The translations under genes were made by a program, and so were the position numbers. Source: Octopus sinensis (lineage: Eukaryota). From it: a DNA stretch of 64,000 nucleotides. Numbering within the stretch: the stretch's first letter is position 1; each line of letters opens with the position of its first letter. Location of the stretch: contig NC_043002.1 in the NCBI RefSeq assembly GCF_006345805.1, positions 25,978,001 through 26,042,000 on the forward strand, written 5' to 3'. Under the pieces are notes generated by a model. It saw nothing but the letters and a program-made list of their open reading frames with translations. It made no database searches and was not told the DNA's origin. Of this stretch, positions 39,372-53,402 are shown piece after piece.

Positions 39372-40531
39372 AAAGCATCGTAGATTTTCGCCCCAACGTT
39401 AACATTGTATACCTCCCTCCGAACACCACGTATCTTCTGCAACCAATGGATAGGGGAATAATTGCTATCTTCAAGGGTTACTACATGAAGCATAAGCTGC
39501 GGCAAGCAATATCTGCAACTGATCTTGACGAGTCCATCACATTTCGTGACTGTACAAAGCTGTACAGAATATAGTTGTGGCATGGGAAGATGATCAGAGC
39601 ACGGCTATGAATGGTGTATGGAAGAAGCTATGACCATAATTTGTGAATGATTTTAAAGGCTTTGATAATGTTGTTATCAACAAAGCTTTGGTGACGATGA
39701 ACAAAGAGCTGGAAAAGGATTTGGAGGAAGATGATTTAACAGATTTATTTGAAAAAGACAAGGGCCTCGGACGAACGAGGGTTTGAGTGAGCTTCACGAG
39801 CAACAAAATACAGAAGAGCAAGTCGAGCTTGAATCACGTCACGTCACCATTAAGAAAACACAGCAAGCATTTGCACACATCGATATCTTGCTATGTGCGA
39901 AGATATGGATTCGAATGCTCAATGCTTTTCCAAGATTATGGGGGCTTATCACGAAGCTTTTGCTCCTTATAATGTAATCCATGACGAAAAGAAGAAGACA
40001 GTTCAGGGCACTCTTGGCCAGTTTTTTAAATGCATCGAACGACAACGAAAACTGCCAGAATCAACTGATGATTTTGACGTCGACGATCCTCGGCCATCTA
40101 CATCTACAATGTAAACACCATCAAATTTTATGTTTTGGTAAGTTTAAAATACTTTATAATTTTTTTTTACTTTATTACTAAACTAAAAATTGTTTGTAAG
40201 TTTGAAATAGGTTATGCATTCATAGATAAAGTACAGCACTGGGGAATGGTTATTAGTGATATAAACACCACCAAATTGTACGTATTGGTAAATTTAAAAT
40301 ACTTTAGTTTTTTTTACTGCATTACAAAATAATAAATACATTTCTTTGTTAACTTAAAATATCTTTTTATTTACCACGTCTTATCTAAAATGCATTCATG
40401 GCTATTAGCAGTTTAGGCTAGGCTAGGCCAGGCCTAGCCTAGCCTTCAGACAAGCAATTCTACTTAGGTCGTTTTTCGACTTAAGTCGTGTTTCCTGGGA
40501 CCAATTAACAACTTAGGGTGAGGTATACCTC
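39372..40531 (+). mobile_element. Tigger/pogo DNA transposon 3' relic
   Basis: PPNTTYLLQPMDRGIIAIFKGYY and MNGVWKKL.P.FVNDFKGF match TIGD1/Tigger transposase. The terminus gaggtatacct matches a Tigger-type TIR. Confidence 0.85.
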
Positions 40532-40837
40532 TCCCCCATCTGTCTCTCTATATATGCATACGTTTTAGAAAGTGTGTCAAGGGAGGAGAATTTCGTTCAT
40601 GACATGCTAAAGAGTTTGAAGTGTCCGATGTGTGAATTTATCGGCCTTTGATTCACCTTTGTAACTTTTTGTTATTTAAAGATAAAAGAAAAATGGTGTA
40701 GTCATGTATTCAGCTATATTTATTCTGTCTGCTCTTGCAAACATTCCAGACACTGACACTAACATACACACACACACGCACACACACAAACACGAACACA
40801 TATACACACACAAATATGCAAATGTATATGCTTATAT

Positions 40838-41130
40838 GTGGAGGCACATGGCCTAGTGGTTAGAGCAGCGGACTCGCAGTCGAGGGATCGCGGGTTCGAA
40901 TCTCAGACCGGGCGATGTGTGTGTTTATGAGCGAAACACCTAAGCTCCACGCGGCTCCGGCAGAAGGTAATGGCGAACTTCTGCTAACTCTTTCGCCACC
41001 ACTTTCTCTCACTCTTTTCTACTGCATCTTGCAGCTCACCTGCGACTGTCCGGCGTCCTGTCCGGGTGAGGAACCTATACGCCAAGAAAACTGGGAAACC
41101 GGCCCTTATGAGCCAGGCATGGCTCGAGAA
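40838..41130 (+). mobile_element. SINE family B variant
   Basis: A box tggcctagtgg and B box ggttcgaatct. Confidence 0.8.
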
Positions 41131-41449
41131 TGAACAAACATATGCTTATATACGTATATGTAAAAGTATGTGTGATTGCATTAATTATATCAGGTCACAG
41201 ATTAGTGCTTGTCGTAACACTTAATCTAATACAACTTTTATCATAGTAAGATTATCATCGACTAAATCCATAAGGATAATCACTCAAAAAACTTAACTTC
41301 TGAAAGGGCGGATGAACTGAGTATCAGGTCAATGGTTTAGCTAGTACAATGAAGACTAGGCATAGAAGAACTAGAAATAGTGAATGAACTCGCTGGAATA
41401 TCGCTGCAATAAAACTCAGGAGGGATGAGCATCTAGTGCTAGCCAAAAA

Positions 41450-41850
41450 GGTGTTCCTTCGATTTAACTCGACAAAACCAAAACAAACATTCGACTCTTT
41501 CCGTGACAACTCGACATTTGACTTCGGATATCTTCGTGATAGTTGCTGAAATGGAAGGAAGAGAAGAAGGCTAATGGATTTTGTGTGCGTGCTTGTTCTT
41601 GTTAGTGTGTCGGCGTGTGTGTGTTTGTTCTTGTCTGTGTGTCTGTGCGTAGACAAGAATAAGCACGCACACACAGAGACACACAGACAAGAACAAGCAC
41701 GTACACAACCCATTAGCTTTCTTCTCCTCCTCCCATTTTAGCAGCCGTCACGGAGGTCTCGAAGATATCCGAAATGAATTGACGAGTTATCACGGAAGCA
41801 GTCGAATGTTTGTTTTGGTTTTGTCGAATTATATCGAAGGAACGTCGCCA
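41450..41850. repeat. ~400 bp fold-back (MITE-like)
   Basis: tcgacaaaaccaaaacaaacattcgact versus agtcgaatgtttgttttggttttgtcga, continuing inward to ~41645. Confidence 0.85.
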
Positions 41851-41879
41851 AAAATTCCACAAGAGTACGAAAAACTGAG

Positions 41880-42545
41880 AATTTTTACCTCCTCCTGTCT
41901 TGTGGGTAGCCTTGATTTCTGAAGTGTAGTAATCGGAAACGAATATAAATTTTCGCTTAATGTTCCAACCACACTAGGATACTAGGATTTGGCAACCAAT
42001 AATTACGAACTGGTATTTGTGTTGAAGTTGCGTTTGTTACCATGATCTTTAGCATGTGCCGTTCTTCTACTAACGACATCATTGACATACCAAAACTTCT
42101 TTCATCGAGTTTCACTATGCTTTAAAAACTTAGATCTTTCATGATAGATCATTCACATTGTGAATACTTGATTAACTGAGGGGAATGCATATATCATTGC
42201 TGTAATTCACTGGTTCAAACCACATAGTGAATCTCACATTCCTTTTGTCACTGACCACTTCCTGAGAAGAAAGTGTCTGTAATATTATTATAAAATGTCG
42301 AGAAAATCCCATTTCTGCCATCACTGGACATAATTTGTGATGAATAATTGTGTCACGTGCTTTTTGATAGCCAATAAAAGCAATAAGCAATTCTTTGTCA
42401 CGCTCTCTCAAGTTCTATGAATAACCATCTTTAGATTAAGAACAGCACCTGGCCTTCCTTTCGCTGTTCTAAAAGTGACTTGTTCTGCTATTTCCATTTT
42501 ACGTTTGATTTTAATTTTATTAGCAAGTCTTGAAATTTTGATTGA
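41880..42545 (-). pseudogene. RTE-clade LINE RT relic, second copy of the family at 38080-38990
   Basis: ORFs [29 protein letters not shown] and RERDKELLIAFIGYQKARDTIIHHKLCPVMAEMGFSRH. The nucleotide sequence is similar to 38700-38990. Confidence 0.75.
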
Positions 42546-42677
42546 TGCATTTGTTTGGATGTATTTGTATTGGTGTATGTATGTATGCAAGTATGTAAAT
42601 ATGTATGTGTGTATGTGTGTGTCTGTTTCTGCATATATTTGTGTACATAAATATTTGCGATGTATGCATGTATGGAT

Positions 42678-42764
<87 letters not shown>

Positions 42765-42842
42765 ATCTATATATATATATATATATCTACCTATCTATAT
42801 CTATATCTCTCCTTTTTTTCTCTCCTTGTTTTTTTCTGTGTA

Positions 42843-42880
42843 TCTTTCTGTAGAAGAGCGTAGGCTCGAAACGTAAAAGA
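42843..42880 (+). ncRNA. Minimal hammerhead-like variant (38 nt)
   Basis: ucuuu-CUGUAGAA-gagc(guag)gcuc-GAAAC-GUA-aaaga. Stem I is 5 bp, stem II is 4 bp, with A6U and an extra A. Confidence 0.55.
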
Positions 42881-43338
42881 CTTTTTCTATTCCTGAGCGC
42901 TATGCTAATACATTTGTTTGTTTGTGCTCCACCTGTTTTCGTCTTTTGTTTATTTTCGTAAACTTTCCCTTTATATCTATATCTATATATATATAACTGC
43001 ATACGTATGGATACGTATATGTATACATCAATATACATGTATATATACATATACATGCAACTATATACATAAATACAAATACAACTATATATATATAATG
43101 TATATATATATATATATATACACACACACATGCGCATATACATTATACATGCATACATATGTATGTATGCATGTATATATGTATGTATATATTTATGTAT
43201 ATACATGCATGTATGTATGCATGTATGTATGTATATATTTATGTATATACATGTATGTATGTATATATTTATGTATATACATGTATGTATGTATGTATGT
43301 ATGTATGCGTGGGTGACCGCAAAATAAGCTCAATATTT

Positions 43339-44512
43339 TAGACCATCCCATAAATAATGCGTTTTTTTCAATTGCATGAACTAAAAGTCGGAGAGGGACG
43401 GGTTAAACCACCTGCATGAATTTGCTATAAAAGTAGGTCGTAATTTCATCTTGTGCTTCTTGGTACAAGGTTTGAAGAGTGCAGTTCGATTTTAACAGTT
43501 ATTTTCAAATCTATAATGGAAGTGACAAAGGTGCATATGCTTTATGAGTTCAATAAAGGCAACAACGCAACGGAAATTGCCAGGAATATTAATGCAGTAT
43601 ATGAGGATCGGACAATAGGCGTAAGCCAGTGTCAATGGTGGTTCCGGAAATTCCGAGCCCGAAAATGCAGCCTAGAAGACGAGTTTCGTCCTGGAAAATC
43701 TGTAGAGCTCGACGAGAATGTCCTGCAAACCTCGGGGTAACAAAATTCCATCGTAACTGTTGAGAAACTAGCAGAAAAGCTTGGATACATCGACACCTGT
43801 GTGCCATCGGAAAAGTCAGCAAATTGGGTCAGTGGGTTCCTCACAAGCTCTCCCGGTCTAATCGCTCGCAGAGAGTGAATGTGTGCTCTTTTTGCTGTTA
43901 CGTTTCACGAACGAACCTTTTTTGGACCGAATAGTGACGGGCAACGAGAAACGTGTTCTTTATAAAAATGTCAAGCGCCGAAGATTGTGGGTATGGAAAG
44001 GAGAAATACCGGCACACCAGGCTAAAGAATGTCTTCCCCCACGTAAGATGTTGTTATCCAAACGATAACAAAGGAGACCTACTATGAGCAGCTTGAACGC
44101 CAGTAGAAAAACGGTCATCTTTGGTTTCAAGAAGAAAGGTGTTCTTCTATCAAGATAATGTTCGTTCACATGCAGCGGGGATGACATTCCATAAGCTGGC
44201 GCAGTTTGAATGGGAAACGATACCCCACCCACCGTATTCCCCGAACATTGCCCCATCTGATTATCATTTAATCCTCAGTCATCAAAATAATTTAGACGGA
44301 AAAATATGATTTCTGTAGACGAAGTCAGAACAGTACTGGACGAGTATTTTTCGTCACGGACAAGCGAATTCTGGAAGTCTACCAGATAGATGGAAGAGCA
44401 TTGTAGAAAAGGAAGGAGAATATATTTTAGATTAAAAAAGAACCTTGTTTAACTTAATTTTGAAAAAATATAATAAGTATTCAAAAACAGTATTATTTTT
44501 AGGAAGACCCTA
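43339..44512 (+). mobile_element. Near full-length mariner (D34D) transposon relic
   Basis: HTH MLYEFNKGNNATEIARNINAVY, WVPHKL, LDRIVTGNEK and QDN...HPPYSPNIAPSDY with 34 residues between the last two aspartates. Degenerate TIRs at ~43339-43368 and ~44484-44512. Confidence 0.9.
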
Positions 44513-44549
44513 TATATTACACAGAGTAATGCTCAAACGAATATGAAAT

Positions 44550-45345
44550 TAAATTCCAACTTCTTCATCCAGAGCTAGCATTTCGGCAGCAAAAGTGGTT
44601 AAAAGTGCAATCCTAATTGAGTTGTTATGGAGGTAGTAAGGTAGATAAAAACACTTAGGCTTATTTACATGGAGCACAAAATACAGATTATAAACAAAAG
44701 AAGAAAATAGGTGATGGGGGTGATGTGAATGTGGTGTGGTATCCATGAGAGAGGAGGTAGGTAGGAGTGAAGAGAGGTAGGTGTCAGATGAAGAGAGGAG
44801 GGGTGTGGAGCCCATGTGGTGCAAATGATCGAAGAGAGAAGATTTATTCTTGTTCACGTTGAAGGCGGGAGTCCGGATGACCCCTGTGCAAATATAGTCT
44901 GAACACAGACAGATGTTGTAGTGATTGGCCGGTAGTGGGGAAATAACGCGAGACCGGGGTGTCATTGCCGAGTCTGGTGCCTTGGAAGTGCTCCAGAAAC
45001 CAGTCGGCCAAGCGGTATCCCGTTTGACTGATGCACAGAAAAGGATAGAAAGAGCAGGAGATACAGTAAATGACGTTGCTAGAAGTGTAGATAAAGGAGT
45101 CGGTGATATGATAGAGACGGTGAAGGGTGCCTGTGAGGATGGTGGTATTGGAAAGGTAGGGACAAGTGTGGAAGCGTGGGCAGGAGCAGTGGATGAACCA
45201 GGCTGGGAGGTGGGATTAGGGAAGAAACTGTGGACCAAGAGGTCACGCAGATTCTGGATTCATTTGAAGGAGGGAAGGGCTAGGTTGGGGGAGATGTGCG
45301 AAGTGGAGGGGTCGGACTGGAGTCGCCAGAAGGCTCGGAAAATGA
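44550..45345 (-). mobile_element. Penelope-like element 3' part: GIY-YIG endonuclease relic plus terminal repeat
   Basis: Hand translation across a frameshift and stops gives LQSDP...NLRDLLVHS...SSNVIYCISCSFYPFLCISQTGYRLADWFLEHF...PVSRYF...RLQREQE*IFSLRSFAPHGL, matching NVIY.I.C..C..YIGQTGRRL.DRF.EH...PLGLN. Confidence 0.85.
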
Positions 45346-45412
45346 TGCGTTGGAGAGGCAGGATGGAGGGTAGCAGGTGAGGGAAACGGGAGACGAGCTA
45401 TCTATCTATCTG

Positions 45413-45537
<125 letters not shown>

Positions 45538-47047
45538 GCTTAAAGATGGACAGATAAACTCGTCATAGGCTGAATGACTGCCAACAATACTGTCCAATGA
45601 CATATGTTACTATTTTCTTAGATTACTTGCCACTTTAAAATCTAATATTTAAAAGTAAGAATCTTGTTGATTGTCGTATCAGATGAAATAAATTGAAACC
45701 GACTTTGTCCATTTTATTTGTGAGTATTTATGTAAATATAGGAAATTGCTTCTGAATGTGTATTTTCCAGAACGAAATTGATTTTGTATGTATCCTTCTA
45801 AAAGTGTTTGTTTCATTCGATGAAAACATAATACAAACAACCGGTGGATGGTGGGTGGTAGTTGATAAAATAACGAGCCAGTCCAGAAGTGGTATAGTGG
45901 CAAAATAGAGAGTCGGATGAGATGTTTTGCAGTATTTGTTAAGGCTTTCTGCGATCTTAGTTCAAATCCCGTCTAGAGCAGTATCTGTTACTACACGTCT
46001 CTTAAAACAGTAATAGATGAAACGTATCAGATATCGAAATATTTGACATAATCTATTTTTGTTGCATCACCAACGCCCAACATTGAAGATTTCATATAAG
46101 TTATCTGGTATACTGATATGGATTTACTTCCTTTAGTTTCTATGTACAAAGACACGTGAAAAGGAAGGATTTTACTGAAATCGATCTACATAAATATATC
46201 ATGAAGTTTTCACTGGAACAGTATTGAATGGCGCAATCAATTTTACCATAGATTTAACATATTTCAGCATTAAATTTCGTCCCTTTATGAAAACCAATCC
46301 TATTTTTTATATTTAGTCTTTAGAAAGTAGAACAAAATGCTTTGCAGTATTTGTTCCGGATGTCCCCTTTCTGAGTTCAAGTCTCGCTGACTTCAACTTT
46401 ACTTTCCACCAGTCAACAGAAAGTACCAGTGCAGGGTGAATTTTCACGGAATTCTTAGTGAGTCGTAAGGAGATGCAGAGACGTAGTGTTTGTTCCAGCT
46501 CTTAGCGCTCTGAGTTCATGTGCGATTTACTTAATCCGTCGTCCTGTTTCGCACCACCACTTGCTATTGCGTGATCTAAGGAAGAATTCACTCCATTGCA
46601 AGCATTCAGGTTTAGTATTTGCTTTTACTTATCCTGCCATCTGTCTGAAACCCTTTACGAATACCGGATCATGGTAAGCACATACTATAGTACAATTCAA
46701 CAACTGGATTAGTTCAGAGTGTATTAGAAGAAGCAGATTTTGAAGCTAGCATTTATGGAAGAGATTGTTAATGAATTCCAAAGAAGGAGAGTAATGGGAA
46801 GAGCAAAAACTACATATGCGCATAGACAACTTTTGCAAAGTGTAGTTTGAGGTAAAATTTTAAACTGGACAGTGTGGTTTGTATCAAAGTGATGTGTAGA
46901 GTCAAGCTTGAGGAGGAGTCCACAGATATCATGGAAGAGAAAGAAGACTGATCAGAGAATTTTGTTTTCGTTTTTGGCATCAATAAGTATGTACCAGGAA
47001 ATCATGAAAGTCCGATAACTCCTCCGCTTGCATAAAAAAAAATGATT

Positions 47048-47270
47048 GCACGACGGGATACTGAATGTTCCTGGCTTTGGTTAAAAGAAAACACAGGAGG
47101 ACCAGTTAATCATGATTTTATTCACCATGTTCCCTTCTCAGATTTACAGACTTATTGCAGCGGTCCTTTAGTTTTTCTAAGCCCTGTAAAAAAAAATTAG
47201 AAGGTTGAGGCTTCAAACAAGGCTTTCACGATGTCCTTAAAACTAGGAACTTTTCATCGTTTCTTTGTAT
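47048..47270. mobile_element. Degenerate mariner-type MITE
   Basis: Ends acgacgggatactgaatgttcctgg and ctaggaacttttcatcgtttctttgta are weakly inverted and resemble TACGAGGG..AAAAGTTCC mariner TIRs. Confidence 0.45.
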
Positions 47271-47546
47271 TAAACCAGGCAGTATGGATGTGTTTATCTT
47301 TCACTCTTGAACTAAAACTATATTAAATATATTATATAGTATATACTGTGTTAGTTGTATAACATATTGTATATTCTATATTGTACACACAATGCACTAT
47401 TATAAGAGTATATTTCATACACTACTTTATATTGTATCATTCAATTATATATATATATATATTATACATCATACTATCTACTTTTTCAAGAAGATAAATT
47501 ATACCAAATTCTGTAATGTACAAGAAACAGAAGCTGTATACGTACA

Positions 47547-47585
<39 letters not shown>

Positions 47586-48338
47586 GCGCAAGCACACACA
47601 CACACGCACACACATACGCACACACATGCACAAACACATACATACACACCCATGAACACATACTCACACACTCATATACATATGTATGCACACATCTATA
47701 TATATATGCATGCATACAGGTAGAACTGCATATACACATACACACTTTATTAGATTTGTATCGCTTATTCTTTGGAAGCCTGAAGAAGGATATTTTGGTA
47801 AAGGAGACTGAGTTTCCAATACTCAAATTCGCAAAAGAGGGCGCTTGAGGCATCATTCTAAACAGAACGTGTCGAGTATTCAACATTGGATATAATTAAA
47901 GGTAGAAAACGCGGCCATAGAAGAAGGATGTTGAATAGGGTCGGCAATGTGAACGACGTTTGAAAATGTTACGGATAGTCTGCTGCAGGGCACCTACTTC
48001 TCTCTCAGGAAACGACCAAATTGAGAGCTTTCTGTCTTTCTCTAACACACACACACAAACGCACACAAGGAACAAAACACACGTATACTAAAAAATGCAC
48101 GTATGCATTTATATACATATATACATGCACGCATTCACTCACAATTAGATATTTGCATACACCCATAGACCATACAGATCTATCTATTTGTGCATCCATA
48201 TCTCTCTGTCTCTCTGCCTATCTGTCTGTCTCTCCCTCTCCTCTGGTCTTCCACCCATTCTCTCGTCTCTATAGCGTTATATTCATACAATATGTATGTA
48301 TAAAAATACACACATTTATATGTACTTATATGTATACA

Positions 48339-48430
<92 letters not shown>

Positions 48431-49235
48431 CACCTATCTATATATATATATGTTTACACAAACACGTATATACAAGGACACACACGTACACACATAAAAC
48501 ACGCTTAACAGATAAATGCTGGAATACGGAATGAATGACACCATTTATTTAAAATTACTGTAATTCATTCGACACGTTTTTACACGTGTGGTACATTGGT
48601 GAGATGTGTAATCTTAATAATCTATCCAAGGTGTAAAATGTGCCTCCCCAGGTGATTATTTGTATAAATCCTTCTTTATGTCCTACCAAAGTGATGTGCT
48701 ATTTTCAGCAGTTTACACACGAAAATAAATCCATAGATATATTGACAGGCAAAATACAATTATAATCCAAATAAAAATTACACAAATAAGTAAATAAAGA
48801 TGACAAAAAAGGCTTGGTTAACTATACAGTACGGTTCTATCTTCTTGGTTAGATTATAAGGAAGAAAGTGCGAAACAGAATGAAGAATAAAAAAATTCAG
48901 TATTTAGAGATAATAAAGTGGTGAAAACTGATAATTTCATTACTTATCGACTATTTGTTTGTTTCTACGAAAGATCTACATTATCCCCTGTCTCTCGCAA
49001 AGACAGGTTCAATTCTACACTGGAATCTACCTCTATTTAAAGCTAATTTATTACCATCTAGCTGTTATGCATTTTTGAAACAATTAGAAAAGTATAAAAT
49101 AGTAGATATCCTTACGTCCCCCTGTATACATATTGTTCCATATACCCACCGACAAGGTAGTATATATTACATACATACATACCTACATACATATATACAT
49201 AAATATATACATGCATACATACATTCATACGTACG

Positions 49236-49266
<31 letters not shown>

Positions 49267-49574
49267 TACTGAGATGTACTTGCATAGCAAGTGATTTGAT
49301 CTGAGATCGTGTGCTGAAACGAAAACAATTGCAGCGTGGAAGGTGTTTGTAAGCCATTTAAGAAACACACAAAAGCCGTTCGATTCACTTCAACATTTAA
49401 GTTTAATTTGTCAAAATATTTTCGTCGCTTTAAGACCGCGACCTGTTCACTGACAAAAATCCAGCACGGATTTTTGCCAGTGAACAGGTCGCGGTCTTAA
49501 AGCGACGAAAATATTTTGACAAATTAAACTTAAATGTTGAAGTGAATCGAACAGCTTTTGTGTGTTTCTCAATT

Positions 49575-49578
<4 letters not shown>
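49267..49578. repeat. Hairpin element with 102 bp arms (2 mismatches) and 5 nt loop; partial copy at 7920-8106
   Basis: 49361-49462 versus 49468-49569. Confidence 0.95.
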
Positions 49579-49618
<40 letters not shown>

Positions 49619-49636
49619 TCACACACACACACACGC

Positions 49637-50503
49637 ACACTGTGTGCGATGGGTAAATTGTCGCCATTTTATATTTTTAATTTTGCACATGCGCATTGTT
49701 AGCTTTGGATTTTGTCGACTACACAGTATAGTAGAGTCATTTGGGCACCGTCTGTGATGCAATTCACTCTGCCAGAAATTTGGAAACGACGTGCTGTACT
49801 GCTTGGCATTCGCACCGGAAACTCCAATACAAATGTTTCAGAGTATCGATCTGAGGACAGTGTAGAGGATTCGGAACGAGTTGGATGAGTCTAATGGTGA
49901 TTACAAAGGTACGACAGCTCGGAAAACACACTCTGATAAAAGAAATACTCCCAAATTTGTTGTTGAGATCCAGGCAAAGATTGACAACGATCCCTCCAAC
50001 TCAATCAGGTCCATCGCCAGGGACATGGGAGTGTCTGAGTTTCTTATGAGGCACGTAGTACATGAAGGCATTCGGTATTGCTCATGCAAGACGAGAAAGG
50101 GCCAATTTTTATCTTAAGCCATCAAAGAAAAACCTCGCTACGAAGCTTTTGAAGAAAGTCAAGCATCCCTTCCAACTGAAGATGTGGTTTTTCTCGGACG
50201 AGAAAAATTTCTACCAGGATCAGATGGTAAACACATAGAGCAACCGTTGGCTTGATGTGTACCCAAAACATGTACCAATAGACCTGCATCAAGTCCCTGG
50301 AGGAGGTAGTGCTGCCCAGTGTGGTCAAGGGGGTGTTTGCTGGAAAACCTTATCTCTGGCAACAAAACTCTGGCCCATGCCACACAAGCAGGAGAACCCA
50401 GTCATGGTTGTCAGACATTTTCTGCGACCACATTATCCCTAACATCTGGCCACTTAACTCCCCAGACTGCAACCCCTTTGATTATTATTTCTAGGACGTA
50501 GCT

Positions 50504-50535
<32 letters not shown>

Positions 50536-50836
50536 GAGAGAGAGAGAGAGAGAGGGAGCAACAAAAGTCCTTGTAACACCAAAGAAGAACTGAAGGCAAG
50601 GGTTATGGCAGCATTCACCAACTTAAAGAGGGAGACCGTCCAGAAGAGTTGCAGGAGGTCTCGAAGTCATCTGGAGGCCGTGGTTGAAGCCAAAGGAGAT
50701 TTCATTGAAAAGATTTACTCTTTAGTATTTCAAGACATTTTAATGTAATTTTGGTAGGTTTATCTGTTAGAATGAGCAATCAGTGTTATTTTCGTTTCTT
50801 CGTAATTTAGATGACAATTTGTTAACTGCATCCAGT
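49637..50836 (+). mobile_element. maT/D37D-type Tc1-mariner relic with a (GA)n insertion at ~50502-50558
   Basis: SIRSIARDMGVSE, FFSDEKNF and QQNSGPCH...WPLNSPDCNPFDY, with 37 residues between the second (N for D) and third catalytic positions. Degenerate TIRs share aaattgtc. Confidence 0.85.
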
Positions 50837-51139
50837 ATATATATATATATATATATACATCCACCTTTAGTGGTTAGCCATATTGAGGTGGCAAATATAC
50901 TTCACATTGTCGTGCAGTTACTGTCTATACCTCGTTCAGAGATTTATTATTGCTTATATATATATATATGTATGTATGAATGTATACATTCTTACTATGT
51001 TTATTCTTTACATCAATATTGAGACATAATGGGTTGAAAGACTAAACTACATACCATGTAGTTTGTATATTTTTCTATATCCACACATGTATGTGTACCA
51101 GACACACACAGATGTATCCATCTATACATGGACTTATAT

Positions 51140-51186
<47 letters not shown>

Positions 51187-51259
51187 TCTTACATACATTC
51201 TTATTATTATAGAATTAAGAAAGAAATGGTATAATAAAGTAAAATGAAATATATGTACA

Positions 51260-51662
51260 CATATTTATATATGCGCTCATAGACACTTCTCATATACTTA
51301 ATACTTATTACTAAAGACGGAAATAAAAGGAAATAAAATAAAAAATAAATACATGTATCTATTTGTATATGCACATATACACACTTACATATATTCTGTT
51401 TAAGATAACAAAACATTAATAGATAATACAATATGATAAAGTTGAATGCAATAAAATATAAAACCAAAATATGAGTAAAATATAATATAAAATAATATAC
51501 AGAAATATGAGTAAAATAGAATATATACACTCATATATCTGTTTATATATGGATACATATACATTTTTGTCAAACATTCTTAGCCTAAGTCCAACCCACA
51601 TACAAGATAATGTATATAGGTTGAAAGTGCAATACAACATCATATAGAATACACACACCACA

Positions 51663-51734
<72 letters not shown>

Positions 51735-52060
51735 AACTATATACATTACCTTGTGTGTGGGTTGAAGTTAAGCTAAGAATGTTAGTTAGAAATACGTGTC
51801 CATATATAGATAGATATATGTGCGTATATTCTTTTTAATCGTATGCCTGTATATTGTATTATTATATCATATTATTATGTTATTATACTAAATTTTATTT
51901 TGTTTTATTTTATTTAACTATGTCATATTATATCATCTATTTCTGTTTTTTTATAAACAGTTAAAATTTATGCAATAACATATTCATGCATTTTTTTGAA
52001 AATTTTACTTTCTTTTATTTCTCTTTTTAAAAATAGTAAGAAGTGTATACGTGTGTATAT
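51260..52060. repeat. Old, diverged AT-rich fold-back with a (CA)n(TA)n loop
   Basis: acattcttagcctaagtccaacccacatacaagataatgtata versus tatacattaccttgtgtgtgggttgaagttaagctaagaatgt. Outer limits are uncertain. Confidence 0.55.
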
Positions 52061-52159
52061 ATAAAAAAATATATGTATGTGTGTGTATACACACACATGC
52101 ACACACATACACACAAATACATATACACACCCTCACAATATTTATAATTATCTTTTTCA

Positions 52160-52370
52160 GGGCGGCGAGCTGGCAGAAACGTTAGCACGCCGGGCGAAAT
52201 GCTCAGCGGTATTTCGTCTGTTGTTACGTTCTGAGTTCAAATTCCGCCGAGGTAGACTTTGCCTTTCATCCTTTCGGGGTCGATAAATAATGTACCAGTT
52301 TCGCCTTAATCCCTTTGTCTGTCCTTGTTTATCCCCTCTATGTTTAGCCCCTTGTGGGCAGTAAAGAAAT
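52160..52370 (+). mobile_element. Family A SINE
   Basis: Full head ggcggcgagctggcagaaacgttagc to taaagaaata. Confidence 0.85.
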
Positions 52371-53339
52371 AAATATTTATGAGTATATTTTTCTTCGTTT
52401 ACACTTTTATTGGTTTATAGTCATTGGACTGCTGCTACGCTACGGCTCCAAGTTGAAGGGCCTAATCAATCAAATCAACTGCATTACTTAAGTTTAAGTC
52501 TGACTATTAGAATCGATCGAATTTGACGAAACGCTAGGTGACTCATATATGTATGTGTGTGTATGTGCATGTGTGTCTATGCATGTGTGTGTTTGTGTAT
52601 GTGTGTGTGTGTGCGTGTGTTTGTGTATGCTCGCGTGTTAGGTGTAAATGTGCAACTTGAGAAAAGCATTCTCTGAAATGTTTAAAATGTAACTAAATTA
52701 ATTTCTATCTATCAACCAGAACTAGCCGTAGGTAAAGACTGCGGTTATAACAAATAGGAACACATGAGAGAACATTTACGTGGTTGACAGCTCTGCTAGC
52801 AATTGCACTGATATGCTTCAGAAGGTCTCGCGCACACCACCATCATAATAAATGGTTGAGTGGATAATTTATACAGTTCTACGGTACAGAAAAAGACGCA
52901 ATGTCCATTGTTTAATCACATGCCTGCTGGATTCGGCCGATTTAGGACTAAACAATAATAGCAAAATGAAAATCTAGAACAAGTCACAGAAATAAAATAA
53001 CTGGAAGGATTCTCAGAATAGGAGGCCCATTAGGGGAAACCGAAATGGAATTTACTTCTTATGACTGACGTACGGAGATAATTATGATCGGAAAGTAGCG
53101 GAAGGAGTTGAAAATACTGAGTTGTTACGGTATTTTTGCTCGTAAAAGATCTCCCAGTAACTGGAAATGTTTGTGTAAATAACTCAACTTGTGCACCATA
53201 CAAGCATGCATACCTACATACTTGAATAAACAAATATATATGATTATACAAACACACACACACACACATATATATATATATTGGAATACACTAATATATA
53301 TATATGCTGGAATACACTAAAATATATGACTATACAAGC

Positions 53340-53402
<63 letters not shown>

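Noticed and set aside
44545-44590. Hammerhead in the Penelope relic tail
   Set aside because: ctggatgaag and gaaatgctag are in the wrong order or too degenerate to fold.
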